DNA from: a phage
Length of the DNA stretch: 64,000 bases
Sequence record: PZ386964.1
Reading direction: 5' to 3' (one strand)
Shown: one piece after another, positions 53,343-64,000 of the stretch
Position numbering within the stretch: position 1 is the first letter of the stretch
Layout of the letters: each line of letters opens with the position of its first letter
Position numbers and translations under genes: made by a program
The notes under the pieces: generated by a model
The model's input: the letters and a program-made list of their open reading frames with translations, nothing else
The model's database searches: none
What the model was told of the DNA's origin: nothing

Positions 53343-53840
53343 ATGGTCAATATTAGTGGATTTGGCACAAGCATTAGAATTGTCGCTCTTCAATCTTTTC
53401 CTGTTGGGCTGAATATCAGTTCTTTGTCTGATGACCAGGATTCGCTAATTATTGAGGAAGTTGAATCAGTAGGCTATCAACTTACTTATGACGGCGGCAT
53501 TTGTATTTACGACAAGGCCGCCGTCGTTCGCGTATCCATTGCGGTGATCCCAAACACTGAAGACGACATAAACCTAAAGCTTTTGCTTTCCGCTCGTAAA
53601 GGCGGATTCAAGTGGCTTCCTATACAGGATGTCACGTCAATGCTTATTACATATCCTGATGGCGGCAGAGTGGCATTCTCTAACGGAACGATAATCAGCG
53701 GTCCGCTTGGCGACTCCATTGAGCAATCAGGCCGTCGCAAGACAAACCGATACACATTTGTGTTTGCCAGCTACGGCGGCGCACAGAGCACATCGCAAAT
53801 TGCAAAAGGCGTGGTGCAGAGCATATTGGGGTCAATTTAA
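53343..53840 (+). CDS. tail tube protein (putative), paralog 2
   Basis: 165 aa; MVNISGFGTSIRIVA...; shared internal blocks with 51925-52392. Confidence 0.45.
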   Translation: MVNISGFGTSIRIVALQSFPVGLNISSLSDDQDSLIIEEVESVGYQLTYDGGICIYDKAAVVRVSIAVIPNTEDDINLKLLLSARKGGFKWLPIQDVTSMLITYPDGGRVAFSNGTIISGPLGDSIEQSGRRKTNRYTFVFASYGGAQSTSQIAKGVVQSILGSI

Positions 53841-54373
53841 TGGCTATCGATTTATTGTCATATAGTCTTTCCAACAGAAGCTTCACAATAAGAAGCTTCA
53901 ACCTTGGGGAAGTGTCAACGCTTGGTTGGGCAATTGTTAACGTTAAAATAAGACTCCAAGCAAAGATATTCAAGAACCAAAGGGAAGATGGAAGCTATAT
54001 TGTCGATGGCAGAGTCAAAATGCCTAGAATATTGACTGTGACTGTAATAGCACAGACAAAAAGCGCATCCGACGCAATCGCAAAGATGTTGCAGAACAGG
54101 TCCACGATATACACAATAAATTCTCGTGGGCTAATATTTGAACGTATGGTGCTGCAAAATAACAATTTCAGCCAAGATGCTGACAATATAACTTCACAAC
54201 CCATACAACTGGTATTCCACGAGATATTAACACAGCAGGATGTGTCTATTCAAACAGCGCAAGCAGCCGACTCTACTGTCATTGAGCGCGGCATCGCTTA
54301 TATAAAAGAAACTACTGCCAGCGTCACTGGCGTTGCAACAAAGGTGATGAATGGCATCAAGGGGATGTTCTGA
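53840..54373 (+). CDS. hypothetical tail protein
   Basis: 177 aa. Confidence 0.4.
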   Translation: MAIDLLSYSLSNRSFTIRSFNLGEVSTLGWAIVNVKIRLQAKIFKNQREDGSYIVDGRVKMPRILTVTVIAQTKSASDAIAKMLQNRSTIYTINSRGLIFERMVLQNNNFSQDADNITSQPIQLVFHEILTQQDVSIQTAQAADSTVIERGIAYIKETTASVTGVATKVMNGIKGMF

Positions 54374-54933
54374 TGGACTTTGTTTCGATTCTGCTTTCTG
54401 GTCAATCTCTGACCATAACGAATGAGTCGACAGGGCTTCCTGTCTGGACAAGGCTTTCTCCAGTGTCTGCAGAAATAACATCACCAGCAGAAACTACTCA
54501 ATTTCCACTTGCTGGAACGGCGATGCAGGTGGTGGAAGTATCAAGCACATCCTCAGTAAGCAATTTACAGGCGGCAAAAGTTATTATGCCAGCGCACATG
54601 GCGCTAAACGTAATTTGCAATGACCAATCGACTATTGAAAACATAATTAATGCATTCGACAATGATGAAGTTACATTTTCAATAACTTCTCGAAGCATAA
54701 TTGCAAGCAAAATGTCGATGTCTGATGTTGAAATAACTCAGTCAGAAGAAAACCTGAATGGAGTCTCAATTGTAATAACATTTGAACAGACGTCATTTAG
54801 TATTCAAGGAAGCTTTGACCCTAAACAGTCCGCAGACGAATCGTCAAATGGAGTTGCTATTAAAGAACCAGTCAGTTTGACTACAACTGTGAGTTCGTTA
54901 TATAATAAAATAAAATCAACGGTAGGAATATAA
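54373..54933 (+). CDS. hypothetical tail protein
   Basis: 186 aa. Confidence 0.4.
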   Translation: MDFVSILLSGQSLTITNESTGLPVWTRLSPVSAEITSPAETTQFPLAGTAMQVVEVSSTSSVSNLQAAKVIMPAHMALNVICNDQSTIENIINAFDNDEVTFSITSRSIIASKMSMSDVEITQSEENLNGVSIVITFEQTSFSIQGSFDPKQSADESSNGVAIKEPVSLTTTVSSLYNKIKSTVGI

Positions 54934-54934
54934 A

Positions 54935-55351
54935 ATGAAGATCACCAATAAACAAACTGGTCGTAAAGTAGAAATTAAAATCAGCAAAATGACTGCGATG
55001 GAAGGTTGGAACATACAGCGCCGATTCATCGAATTTGCGATGTCAAAAGACCCTGCCTTTCGTTCAGAATACACAATGGAAGTATTAAGCTTTGCGAAGG
55101 TTGAACTTGATGTCGGGCAAGAAATTCCTCTGAGCACTGGCGCACTTATTGACAACCATCTTGGCGACTGGGAAAACTTAAAATTGGTTTTCGAAGCAGT
55201 GTTGATGGAAAACGGAATCAACCCAGAGACTCACGCTGAACGTGAAGGATACTGGGAACAAGCCGGCGGCGAAATGGCTGCAGCATTTATTGGCGAATCG
55301 ATGCGATTAATCGCGCCATTCCTCAGCGGCGAGACTCCAAACAAGGGGTAA
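54935..55351 (+). CDS. tail assembly chaperone-like protein
   Basis: 138 aa directly upstream of the tape-measure gene. Confidence 0.35.
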   Translation: MKITNKQTGRKVEIKISKMTAMEGWNIQRRFIEFAMSKDPAFRSEYTMEVLSFAKVELDVGQEIPLSTGALIDNHLGDWENLKLVFEAVLMENGINPETHAEREGYWEQAGGEMAAAFIGESMRLIAPFLSGETPNKG

Positions 55352-55354
55352 ACT

Positions 55355-57535
55355 GTGTCTGACTCATTAGAAAAATTTGTTCTTCAATATACGGTGGACT
55401 TGAAAGAGTCCATCAATCGTCTTGAGCAATTGCAAGATAAGGTTGATCAGACAAACAAAAAGGCAAAGGCCGCTGGTAAGGACTTCACCGGAGCATTCAA
55501 AGATGTGTTTGGTGAGTTGAAGCCTCTCACAGCTGAACTGGGGTCTATTGACGGAATCCTTGCGCGGCTTACTTATCGCTTTGCCGCGCTTGTGCCTGTT
55601 GTCGCAGGATTGGCTGTCGTTGTCAAATCCATTGTTGATGTTCGAAAAGAATATGAAGCGCAAAGGAAGCTGGGATTTGAAGCAGGTCTTTCACCAATCG
55701 GAGTGGAACAACTACAGCGACAATTGAATGAAAGTTCAGGCGGAGTTCTTGGTGCGCAAGGGTCAAGGGATTTGATCAGCAAAGCTTCTAATCTCGCATT
55801 CAACGCATACACCAACCCAGATGTGATGAACAAGGACAACTTGTTGCTGAACAAGATGGGCACCAGTCCTTTCAACAGTAACGGCGGCATCAAAGACACA
55901 AACCAGCTTCTTGATGAAATTGGCACAAAGCTGAGAAGTGTGAATGAGCAAACCGCTCGTGCTATTGGTGCTCTGGCAGGTTTTACCGCCGATGAAGTCC
56001 GTGCGCTTCGTGAGCGAAATCAATCAGTCAAAGAAAGTACCCGTATAAGCGACGAAGAAACCGCGAAGCTGCAAAGACAGCAGGCCGCGCTTGAAACGAT
56101 ACGAAACAGCATGGGCCAAATTCAAGAAGACTGGCGACGCATTGAACTGGTAATCGGTGAGAACGTGATGCCTGCATTCTCGACGCTTGTCAGCAAAACC
56201 GCCGATACAGTCGAAGGATTCCAGATGATGTTCCAAAGAATGTCTGATGGATGGTCCGAATTTGTCGACAATTTCATTGCTGACTTGAAGCACCCGTTTG
56301 ATAAACAGGCGGCTGTCAACGAGCGCCACGAGCGTGCCGTTGACAGATGGATCACACAGATGGCAGACGGCGATGTGAAACGTCAGAGGAACCAGGAGCA
56401 AAACGCGGCTGAACAACGTTCTGCGCAAGCACTTTTCACTCGCGACATCAACCTGTTTTCAAGTGCTGTTTCAACTTTTGCTGGCGTCATTGATGAGCGA
56501 CAAGCGTGGGCTGCATGGGCTGGTGAGATAGGACGAAGTGCAGGCCAATCCGCGATGCCTGGAACGCCAGCACTAAGCACTGGTGCGACCGTAGGCAACA
56601 ACTTGGGGTCAGGCAATCCGACTGCATATGACTCAATCTATGAGGAAGCCTCCAAGCGTTATGGAATCCCTGTTGCAATGATGAAGGCCGTCACAGAAGT
56701 CGAATCTGGATTCAACCCTAATGCTGTGAGCGGAGCAGGCGCGACCGGATTGATGCAGATAATGCCTTCCAACTTCAAGGGACTTGGCATCACAGACGGT
56801 AACGACCCAAGGCAAAACATTATGGGCGGCGCTCAACTTCTCAAGGAATATTTAACCGCTGCCAATGGCGATTGGAATCTTGCTCTGACTATGTATCACG
56901 GTGGATATGACCGAAGCGGATGGGGAAAGAACACTCGTGCATATCCTGGCAAGGTGATGGCCGCTCTCGACCGACAGGCGAATGGAGAATACGCCACGGG
57001 AGCGCCGCAAGGTGCACCAGTGACTCCAGTCCTTAGCGGTAGCGGAGCAGAAGTGCCGAAAGGCAGCTACGCACCAGTACAAGGCCAATCCCGCCAAACG
57101 GTGCAATACCGACAGTTGCAAGAAGCAATTGCAGGATACCTCAACGTGCCAGTTGAGCAGTTGATGCAAGGGCAAGTTAACAAAGGTGATATTGACTTTG
57201 CTCAAACTTACCTTAAACTTGGAACGCAAAGGGATTATATTAAAAACATGCAGCTGGCTTCAACCCCAGGTGTAAGACCGAACATTCAGGCCGAAGCGAT
57301 GAAGAACGCTCGTCTTGCGGCGTTCCAGCTTGAGGCATTCCAAAAATACGGCGGCGACCTTTCCGCGAATAGTCGACCTGGTGGGCGTGATATTACTATG
57401 GGTCAGAAAAACGTTGTCATCAACGTCAACGGCGCTCAAGACCCACGCAGCACGGCATTCGAGACAAAACGAGTGCTTGAACAAGATGATATCAACGACA
57501 TAAACAACCTTACTGCTACACCTTTGAAGTGGTGA
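55355..57535 (+). CDS. tail tape measure protein with lytic transglycosylase (SLT) domain
   Basis: 726 aa; GTG start; coiled-coil-rich N-terminal half; C-terminal EVESGFNPNAVSGAGATGLMQIMPSNF matches the SLT catalytic ES...GLMQ motif. Confidence 0.6.
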   Translation: MSDSLEKFVLQYTVDLKESINRLEQLQDKVDQTNKKAKAAGKDFTGAFKDVFGELKPLTAELGSIDGILARLTYRFAALVPVVAGLAVVVKSIVDVRKEYEAQRKLGFEAGLSPIGVEQLQRQLNESSGGVLGAQGSRDLISKASNLAFNAYTNPDVMNKDNLLLNKMGTSPFNSNGGIKDTNQLLDEIGTKLRSVNEQTARAIGALAGFTADEVRALRERNQSVKESTRISDEETAKLQRQQAALETIRNSMGQIQEDWRRIELVIGENVMPAFSTLVSKTADTVEGFQMMFQRMSDGWSEFVDNFIADLKHPFDKQAAVNERHERAVDRWITQMADGDVKRQRNQEQNAAEQRSAQALFTRDINLFSSAVSTFAGVIDERQAWAAWAGEIGRSAGQSAMPGTPALSTGATVGNNLGSGNPTAYDSIYEEASKRYGIPVAMMKAVTEVESGFNPNAVSGAGATGLMQIMPSNFKGLGITDGNDPRQNIMGGAQLLKEYLTAANGDWNLALTMYHGGYDRSGWGKNTRAYPGKVMAALDRQANGEYATGAPQGAPVTPVLSGSGAEVPKGSYAPVQGQSRQTVQYRQLQEAIAGYLNVPVEQLMQGQVNKGDIDFAQTYLKLGTQRDYIKNMQLASTPGVRPNIQAEAMKNARLAAFQLEAFQKYGGDLSANSRPGGRDITMGQKNVVINVNGAQDPRSTAFETKRVLEQDDINDINNLTATPLKW

Positions 57536-57539
57536 TAAT

Positions 57540-58412
57540 TTGAAAAAGAGAATCCTTAAAGTCACCTTATCTATGCCGGATGGCACAAGCCAAGTGCTTG
57601 ATGAAGGATTGATGCTTAGGTGCCGAATCAAAAAGGCAGCACTTTCCGTTCAGAATAAGGCCACGATTGAAGTCGCAGGATTGACAGGGTACTTGAGAGA
57701 GTACCTGCTTTCCAACTTTACGGCATTCAACAAACGTCTGCGTGATCAAGGTCAGCTGGAGGCGAACTACGTCAATGTGACTATTGAAGCTGGATACAGA
57801 GAGGGGAACGTAATCAGCAGCAACTTGGTATACAAGGGACAGGTGACGACAGTTGAGATAACAGCGCCGCCGCCGAATATAGTCATCAGAATCACTTGTT
57901 ACACCAACCAAATAAACAGAACTAAGTTCATTACTCAAGCTGCACCATCCAACCCGACTTTCAAAGAGTTCGTGGAGTGGTCGGCAAAGCAAATGGATAT
58001 TGATACTGTTATATGCGATACTTCGATTAACAATCAGCGTCTTGTTAACCCAGGCCGCACAACATATGTTGCAGCAGCGTTGCTTCTTGAGATTCAGAAC
58101 TATCAAAGGAACTCTATTGCGGCATATATCGATGATGATACGCTCATCGTTAAGGATAAAGACAAAATTCTTAATCCAGAACAGATCACGGTCATTGAGG
58201 AATTTGTCGGAATACCGATGTGGAACGAGTGGGGTGCAGACTTCACTTGTATGTATAACGCAGATTTGAAGCTTGCACAAGGTGTTAAATTCAAATCAGT
58301 CTTAAACCCAAGCTTGAACGACACCACATTTGTCATCATGCAACTTGAATATGATTTAGCAAGTCGTGATGATATATTTACGGTGACGGGCGGCGTTGCA
58401 CCATCGGCATAA
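57540..58412 (+). CDS. tail/baseplate protein (hypothetical)
   Basis: 290 aa; probable TTG start. Confidence 0.4.
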   Translation: MKKRILKVTLSMPDGTSQVLDEGLMLRCRIKKAALSVQNKATIEVAGLTGYLREYLLSNFTAFNKRLRDQGQLEANYVNVTIEAGYREGNVISSNLVYKGQVTTVEITAPPPNIVIRITCYTNQINRTKFITQAAPSNPTFKEFVEWSAKQMDIDTVICDTSINNQRLVNPGRTTYVAAALLLEIQNYQRNSIAAYIDDDTLIVKDKDKILNPEQITVIEEFVGIPMWNEWGADFTCMYNADLKLAQGVKFKSVLNPSLNDTTFVIMQLEYDLASRDDIFTVTGGVAPSA

Positions 58413-58414
58413 AT

Positions 58415-58936
58415 ATGAGAAAGAATAAAATAATCGACTTGTTTGGCGTGACTTATGAAATTCATCAATTCAGCGCAATAGACGCGTTTGAAATGGTTGA
58501 TGCTATAAGCATATTAACTCCACTTGAATTATTAAGTGAATGTCATGTTATTAAATATGACGGAACTAAAGTCAGATTAAACTCTGAGAAGGCCATCAGT
58601 GAAGAAGTGAAAAGTGTGCCAAATCACTTGCCGCCAAACCTTGTATTGAAAGTTCTAATGGAAGCGGTAAAGAAGCACAATTTTGGATTCCTCAGTGATT
58701 GGAAAGGCACTAAGATTCCGAATAGATTCTTGGCTGACGTTCCGACCGTAGAGCCTAATTATCTTGAGCCGATGGTTGCAAGCCTAATAAACAATGGTCT
58801 TGCTTCGTTAAAAGAATTGGAAGAATATTATTCATTGCGTGATGCATTCGCTATGTTTGATGGACTAATAGCAAAATCACTTAATGAAGCCTACTCAAAC
58901 GAAGCTGCCATTAAAGAATCAAAGTCAAATCGCTAA
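58415..58936 (+). CDS. hypothetical tail protein
   Basis: 173 aa. Confidence 0.4.
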   Translation: MRKNKIIDLFGVTYEIHQFSAIDAFEMVDAISILTPLELLSECHVIKYDGTKVRLNSEKAISEEVKSVPNHLPPNLVLKVLMEAVKKHNFGFLSDWKGTKIPNRFLADVPTVEPNYLEPMVASLINNGLASLKELEEYYSLRDAFAMFDGLIAKSLNEAYSNEAAIKESKSNR

Positions 58937-58993
58937 AATATTGCTTATAGACTCCTTATAGATTATAATTTGTTGATCAGATATAAGGAGTCT

Positions 58994-59722
58994 ATGATGG
59001 CAGAAAAGTTAACCCAACTTACAAGCCCCAACCAAACTGACAAATCAAGTATGTTTGCCGCGCTGCAGGGAATGCTGGACCGTGGCAAGTATACCACTGA
59101 CGGCATGATTCCTGCACAAGTAATATCTTATGACCGCAAACAGAATTTAGCAGTCATAAAGCCTGTTATTCATTTCGTAAGTCTTGATGATAAACCAATA
59201 GAACGTCAACCATTGGTGTCAATTCCTGTATTGGCAATCGGCGGCGGCGGCTTCGTAATCAACTTCCCTTTGAAAGAAGGTGATTTGGGCTGGATATTCG
59301 CTGGCGACCGCGAGTTGTCGACATTCCTTGAAGAATTGAAGCCGACCGCGCCTACCAATGGTCGCGTGAAAACTTTCGCTGATGGACTGTTCATACCAGA
59401 TGTATTCCGAAAATACACCATAAGCGGAGAGGATGCAGACTCAATGGTAATCCAGTCACTCAGCGGCGCTGTCCGAATCGCATTAAGTGATGACTCGATA
59501 AACATAACCGCATCAGCTGGGGTAAACGTGAAAACACCAATTACCACTATCGACCAACAATTGATAGTGAATGGAAAGGCAACATTTAATGGTGGTATAG
59601 AAGGGAAAGAAGGAACGACGGCAACGCTTCCGACTGGCACAACAATCGGCGGCACAAATGTATCCACTCACGGTCACATAGGTAACGGACCTGGAAACAG
59701 AACTGGGGATATGATAGAATGA
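58994..59722 (+). CDS. baseplate central spike / gpV-like protein
   Basis: Start after RBS AAGGAG; Gly-rich beta region and C-terminal STHGHIGNG apex-like motif. Confidence 0.45.
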   Translation: MMAEKLTQLTSPNQTDKSSMFAALQGMLDRGKYTTDGMIPAQVISYDRKQNLAVIKPVIHFVSLDDKPIERQPLVSIPVLAIGGGGFVINFPLKEGDLGWIFAGDRELSTFLEELKPTAPTNGRVKTFADGLFIPDVFRKYTISGEDADSMVIQSLSGAVRIALSDDSINITASAGVNVKTPITTIDQQLIVNGKATFNGGIEGKEGTTATLPTGTTIGGTNVSTHGHIGNGPGNRTGDMIE

Positions 59723-60990
59723 GTGCACAATATTCTTACATAGTAAGCACTGGTGTAATAACCATCGACACAGCCGATTTGCTGGCTGATGTTCAAAGTG
59801 AATGGATTGAGTCATTAGGGGTCGGGCTTGACGTTGATGCCTCGACACCGCAAGGCACCCTAATCGCAACAGAGACTTTGGCAAGGACTTCAGTCATGAA
59901 GAATAATGCCGAGCTGGGAAGTCTCATCAACCCAAATTATTCGTATGGCGTATACCTTGATGCCATCGCGGCATTGCTTGGGATTGAGCGAACTAAAAAC
60001 ATCAGCACGATGCTGAAAGGAATTACAGCAGAAGGAACGCCGCTGTTGGAGATTCCTGCTGGAAGTTTGCTGACGGATTCAAACGGTACATACTGGTATG
60101 TTCTGGAAGACGTTCAAATCACTTCGACTGGCAAGACAAGCAACATGACTCTTGCATCAAAAGAGTATGGCTCATTTACTGTTGCGCCTGATGAAGAGTT
60201 TACCGTGGTGCAAGGTTATGACGTAATCGGATGGTCAAGAACGTATTCAACGTCAGCAACGACGACTGTGCCAGGCACCCAATACATGGGCGACGGAGCG
60301 TTAAAGGCCGCTCGCGTTAAGCGTCTTTACCAACAGGGCATTGCATCGCTTGGTGCCATTCGCGCTCGTGCCATGTCGGTCGACGGCGTGGAATCGGTGA
60401 TGGTCGTGGAGAACGACACGGGATTACCTGGAACGGTACGCGGTATCACCTTTTCAACGCCTAACGGTGTATGGGTGTGCGCAAGCGGGACGTTTGATAA
60501 GCAAGTTTTTGCTGAGACTATTTTCAAAGCGAAGATGGGCGGCCAGCCGTGGGACTTTGGTGCGACAAATCAGGGCAATCCAGTCAACTCTCCTGATGGA
60601 ATAGAAGTTGTAGACGAAGAATCACAACTGTCTTATTTTGTGAAGTTCAACACTGCAGTAATATATGACTTGTATGTTGACATTACTGTTTCAAGAGGCA
60701 CAGCAACCGCCGATGCGGAATCTATTATTGCCGCTGTGTTGAATTACGGCAATGGCAATTTTAACGGTGAGCAAGGATATGCAGTAGGTCAATCTCAATC
60801 TTCTTTTGAAATTGCTTCAGCAGTGTCTTGCGAGTATCCAGGCTTGTATATTAAAGATTGCAAAATTGCAGCAGTGAAAAGCGGACAGGCAGCGCCAAAT
60901 TATCCATCCGATTACGGCAGCGAGTGGATTGCCAATCCTTGGGATAAGGCGAATACTATGCGCGGCTTCATCAACGTTAAATTTGTGTGA
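59719..60990 (+). CDS. baseplate J-like protein
   Basis: 423 aa; size and position after the spike gene. Confidence 0.45.
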   Translation: MSAQYSYIVSTGVITIDTADLLADVQSEWIESLGVGLDVDASTPQGTLIATETLARTSVMKNNAELGSLINPNYSYGVYLDAIAALLGIERTKNISTMLKGITAEGTPLLEIPAGSLLTDSNGTYWYVLEDVQITSTGKTSNMTLASKEYGSFTVAPDEEFTVVQGYDVIGWSRTYSTSATTTVPGTQYMGDGALKAARVKRLYQQGIASLGAIRARAMSVDGVESVMVVENDTGLPGTVRGITFSTPNGVWVCASGTFDKQVFAETIFKAKMGGQPWDFGATNQGNPVNSPDGIEVVDEESQLSYFVKFNTAVIYDLYVDITVSRGTATADAESIIAAVLNYGNGNFNGEQGYAVGQSQSSFEIASAVSCEYPGLYIKDCKIAAVKSGQAAPNYPSDYGSEWIANPWDKANTMRGFINVKFV

Positions 60991-60996
60991 GGAACT

Positions 60997-63735
60997 ATGC
61001 AAAAGTTTGACACAAACCTGTTGCAAAACCTTAAGTGGATGCAGAACAATGCACCAAACATCACGTCTTTGGTGCAAAAGAAAAGTGACTGGTATGAAAG
61101 ATACCAAGATCAGTTTTGGACTGACTGGTACAACAACATTTTCAACATTGACACTTGTGATGCAATGGGCATTTATATTTGGTGCGACATTCTTTGCATA
61201 CCAAGAGACTTTGTGGACTTAAGCAATTATGAGCACAACTGGGCGTTTGGACCGACGCGTGACAACTTTGAAGGTGCGGACAACATCGGCGGCAACTTCT
61301 TTGGTGCTGGCGGTAAGGTTGTAAAGAATATCGAAGAAGCGCGCATACTTCTTAAGCTTCGTTATCTGACGCTCACAAGTGATGGCCGCATCGAAAGTAT
61401 CAACCGCATGCTTAAGTGGATTTTCAACCGTGGAGAGGCTTGGGATTACTCTTCATCACGCTACGCATATGTGACCGACAATACTCAAGGCGCGGTGTCT
61501 TCGTCTGAATCAACCAATGGTTCATTCCTTCTGTACGACTGGCAAGGGTCAACTGAGATTCAGCACGATTATAAGCAGATACTTTTAAGCCATGGCAACA
61601 ACGCCGGACTGACCATAAGCGGAGTGTCAGGCACAGTGTCACGTATGGCTCACCCAGATTGGTACTCATGGGGGAACGGTTCCGGCACAGGTCTTGTAGG
61701 CGGCGACGCAAGACAGTATGGTGGGCCTGATTACTATGGACAGTTGTGTGGTGATTACCCAGGCGAGGCCATAGAGAATTTCGCGAACGCAGTAAGGGTC
61801 GTAAAGACGGCTTCAAGCGGTGAGCCTGTGTATTCTTTGGCCAATAATCCAAGCGCCAAATCAATTCCGCTTCCTTCGCAGGCTGGCGTAAACGTTTGCT
61901 ATAGCTTCTACATAAAGGTGCTTTCTGAAAACGTCGCTTCTGTTTCTGTCACAGAGAATAGTGATGCATCGAGTAATGGAAAGCTGTTTGACCCCGTTAC
62001 TGGACAGTTCAACTTGGACCCGTCTTTGAGCTACTTCATTACAGGCAAGTTTGATGGAGTGAGAAGGGAATCAAGCCGTGGTGGCATAAAAGCAATCGGC
62101 GGCGATTGGTATCGAATCTGGATTGTAGAGCAGACGGCAACCGCTGCTTCTGGAGTAAGTACCAGCTTTTCAATAGAGTTGAAGGCAACTGCCGCTGGAT
62201 CAACTCAAACTCGTGAATTGCCTGAAGGGTCTGATGCTCTTTTGTTTGGATACTCGATTTGCGTCTGCGACCCTGTTCAGAATCCAAATGGACCTGAGCC
62301 TTATTTTTATGGAACGCAAAACCCTCCTTCTGACGGAACAGCAATCCTGTCTGTAACGGCGGGAACGCTCAACAACATCTCCTGTGCAAACGGACCGCTG
62401 ACGACAAGAAACGGTGTGGTTGGCGAGTCATTCATGCAACCTGGCTCATCACTTGCATACTCTGGCTCAATCGGCGGCTACCCGTACCCAGGGAACGCCA
62501 CATTGATTGCAGAGACTGACGGCATCAGACGCTCATGGAACGTTAGCAGGCTTGATGGAGTACCGCCGCCGCCGACCGCTGACTATTACATGGAATACGT
62601 CATCGGACCTTATTTCGCCAACAACCTGTCAGACAACTTTAAGACGCTAGTTGGCGACAGGAATGAAGGATTCTTGCCAGCAAATGCCGGAATACGCTGG
62701 CAGCTTTACCAAGAAGTCGCAGACTTATCTGATATTGATTTGACTGTCAGCGACATAACGGACACGCGAGTAGGATTTGAAACGGAAGGTGTTGCATGGA
62801 TCAATACTGATGGCATCATCAGAGTTGGCGGCATTAACGAGTGGCCACTGAACAATTTCAACGGTGTGATACGCCAGCTTGAATCTTTGAAAGGTGTGAA
62901 CCAAGTCGTCGATGGCGCCCTTGTCAACGACTATTCAATCTCAAAAGCATCAAGAGATGACTTTGGCCGTGAAATACCGCGCGCAGCCATCACAAACTAT
63001 TGGCGATATACTCAGCCTAATGATGGAACTTCATTTGGCAATATCGTTAAGGACGGCGCAAACACAGTTACGGCAACGCCAATAAGCGGAGCACCCAACC
63101 AGTTCCCATCATTCAAGCTTTCCGCTACAATAGGGACTGTGCCAACGTCCGGTTATGCACGCGCCGTTCTCGCAACAAAATATACTGGAACGCTTACTGG
63201 TCCTTTATCATTCATTGCGATAGTCAAAAACAACACGGTTAACGGTCAAAAACTTTTCGTAACTGTACCGGATGGGATGGGCGGCTATATCCCTAAATTC
63301 TACAACATAGGCGCAGGTGATTTGCAACGTATCGAAATTGACCTTGCCGCTGAGATTGTTGAAGGCGCTACCTGGGATGGATCAACTGGCGGCATCAGCA
63401 TCGGCTTGATATCAGGAAAAGATTTGCCGACCGAAGTTGGTACGACTCTTGACCTTGATATTTTGAGCTTAATGCTTGTGTCTGGCGATACGATGAATGC
63501 GCTTGCAATTTCAACAAGCGAAGATTTCGCAAAGAAAACTGCGACTTCTATATACATCAAAAACCCAGGATCACTTGCCACTGGAGTTCAATTGATTGCT
63601 TCTAATGGTGATGTTGTAGCAACAGTAAACTTTCCGAGAAGTGCTGCTGGCGGTTATGTTTCAAGCATGAACATAACTGACTTAACTGGTGATTGGGCAT
63701 CGACCCTTTTATCAAAAATTAAATACATCGTGTAG
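60997..63735 (+). CDS. baseplate wedge / tail fibre protein (large)
   Basis: 912 aa; Gly/Ser/Thr/Asn-rich. Confidence 0.45.
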   Translation: MQKFDTNLLQNLKWMQNNAPNITSLVQKKSDWYERYQDQFWTDWYNNIFNIDTCDAMGIYIWCDILCIPRDFVDLSNYEHNWAFGPTRDNFEGADNIGGNFFGAGGKVVKNIEEARILLKLRYLTLTSDGRIESINRMLKWIFNRGEAWDYSSSRYAYVTDNTQGAVSSSESTNGSFLLYDWQGSTEIQHDYKQILLSHGNNAGLTISGVSGTVSRMAHPDWYSWGNGSGTGLVGGDARQYGGPDYYGQLCGDYPGEAIENFANAVRVVKTASSGEPVYSLANNPSAKSIPLPSQAGVNVCYSFYIKVLSENVASVSVTENSDASSNGKLFDPVTGQFNLDPSLSYFITGKFDGVRRESSRGGIKAIGGDWYRIWIVEQTATAASGVSTSFSIELKATAAGSTQTRELPEGSDALLFGYSICVCDPVQNPNGPEPYFYGTQNPPSDGTAILSVTAGTLNNISCANGPLTTRNGVVGESFMQPGSSLAYSGSIGGYPYPGNATLIAETDGIRRSWNVSRLDGVPPPPTADYYMEYVIGPYFANNLSDNFKTLVGDRNEGFLPANAGIRWQLYQEVADLSDIDLTVSDITDTRVGFETEGVAWINTDGIIRVGGINEWPLNNFNGVIRQLESLKGVNQVVDGALVNDYSISKASRDDFGREIPRAAITNYWRYTQPNDGTSFGNIVKDGANTVTATPISGAPNQFPSFKLSATIGTVPTSGYARAVLATKYTGTLTGPLSFIAIVKNNTVNGQKLFVTVPDGMGGYIPKFYNIGAGDLQRIEIDLAAEIVEGATWDGSTGGISIGLISGKDLPTEVGTTLDLDILSLMLVSGDTMNALAISTSEDFAKKTATSIYIKNPGSLATGVQLIASNGDVVATVNFPRSAAGGYVSSMNITDLTGDWASTLLSKIKYIV

Positions 63736-63745
63736 AGGAACGGCA

Positions 63746-64000
63746 ATGCCAACACTTATTAACAGACCTTTCGCGCAAAGCGGTGATGTATCCGTGGTGC
63801 CGGATGCAAGCCCAAGCGGTTATGTGAACTTCCAGCGCGGCTACACCCCTGACTATGCACTTGCTCTGGAAGCTGGAAACGTCGCCGCGAAAGCGGTTGA
63901 ACGTGAGTCGATGAACTGGTTGTTGAATCTGATCACCGACAACCTGATGTTCATCCAGGACCACGGCGCTCAACAGTATTTCTCGTCTGACTTGAAGCCA
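63746..64000 (+). CDS. tail fibre-like protein (partial, runs off window end)
   Basis: ATG at 63746; open frame to window end (MPTLINRPFAQSGDVSVVPDASPSGYVNFQRGY...). Confidence 0.35.
   Translation, partial: MPTLINRPFAQSGDVSVVPDASPSGYVNFQRGYTPDYALALEAGNVAAKAVERESMNWLLNLITDNLMFIQDHGAQQYFSSDLKP

Overview
The window reads as one contiguous segment of a tailed dsDNA phage genome, with no rRNA, tRNA or CRISPR array seen. Calls come from reading the six-frame ORFs and the raw sequence by eye; no searches were run, so family names are motif-level recognitions and small-feature coordinates are hand-counted (may be off by a base or two). Layout: (1) 1-15685, minus strand: replication and nucleotide-metabolism module (MazG-like, embedded Rz/Rz1 spanin pair, SNF2 helicase, VRR-NUC nuclease, DnaE-type polymerase, DnaQ-like exonuclease, VOC-fold protein, SDR, HAD-like hydrolase, divergent ThyX-like protein, FAD-binding oxidoreductase, Lys/Ala/Glu-rich protein, Dda/RecD-like helicase). 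(2) 15846-28015, plus strand: early module with sigma70-like promoters, prim-pol-like protein, D5/VirE-like helicase and about 30 small ORFs. (3) 28020-32350: a repeat-dense region. It holds iteron-like 9-bp repeats around an AT-rich core, about ten same-orientation copies of an 11-mer (TTTGCACTAT core), and an inverted duplication of a promoter/5'-UTR-hairpin/small-gene cassette whose hairpin stem shows two compensatory base-pair changes. This is the strongest candidate for an undescribed regulatory or packaging system. (4) 32348-37450, minus strand: tail-fibre operon (fibre with C-terminal intramolecular-chaperone domain). (5) 37628-64000, plus strand: structural module (terminase large subunit, portal, Mu-F-like head protein, protease/scaffold, major capsid, sheath, two tube paralogs, SLT-containing tape measure, baseplate, fibre), with a second iteron/AT-rich region at 44254-44521.
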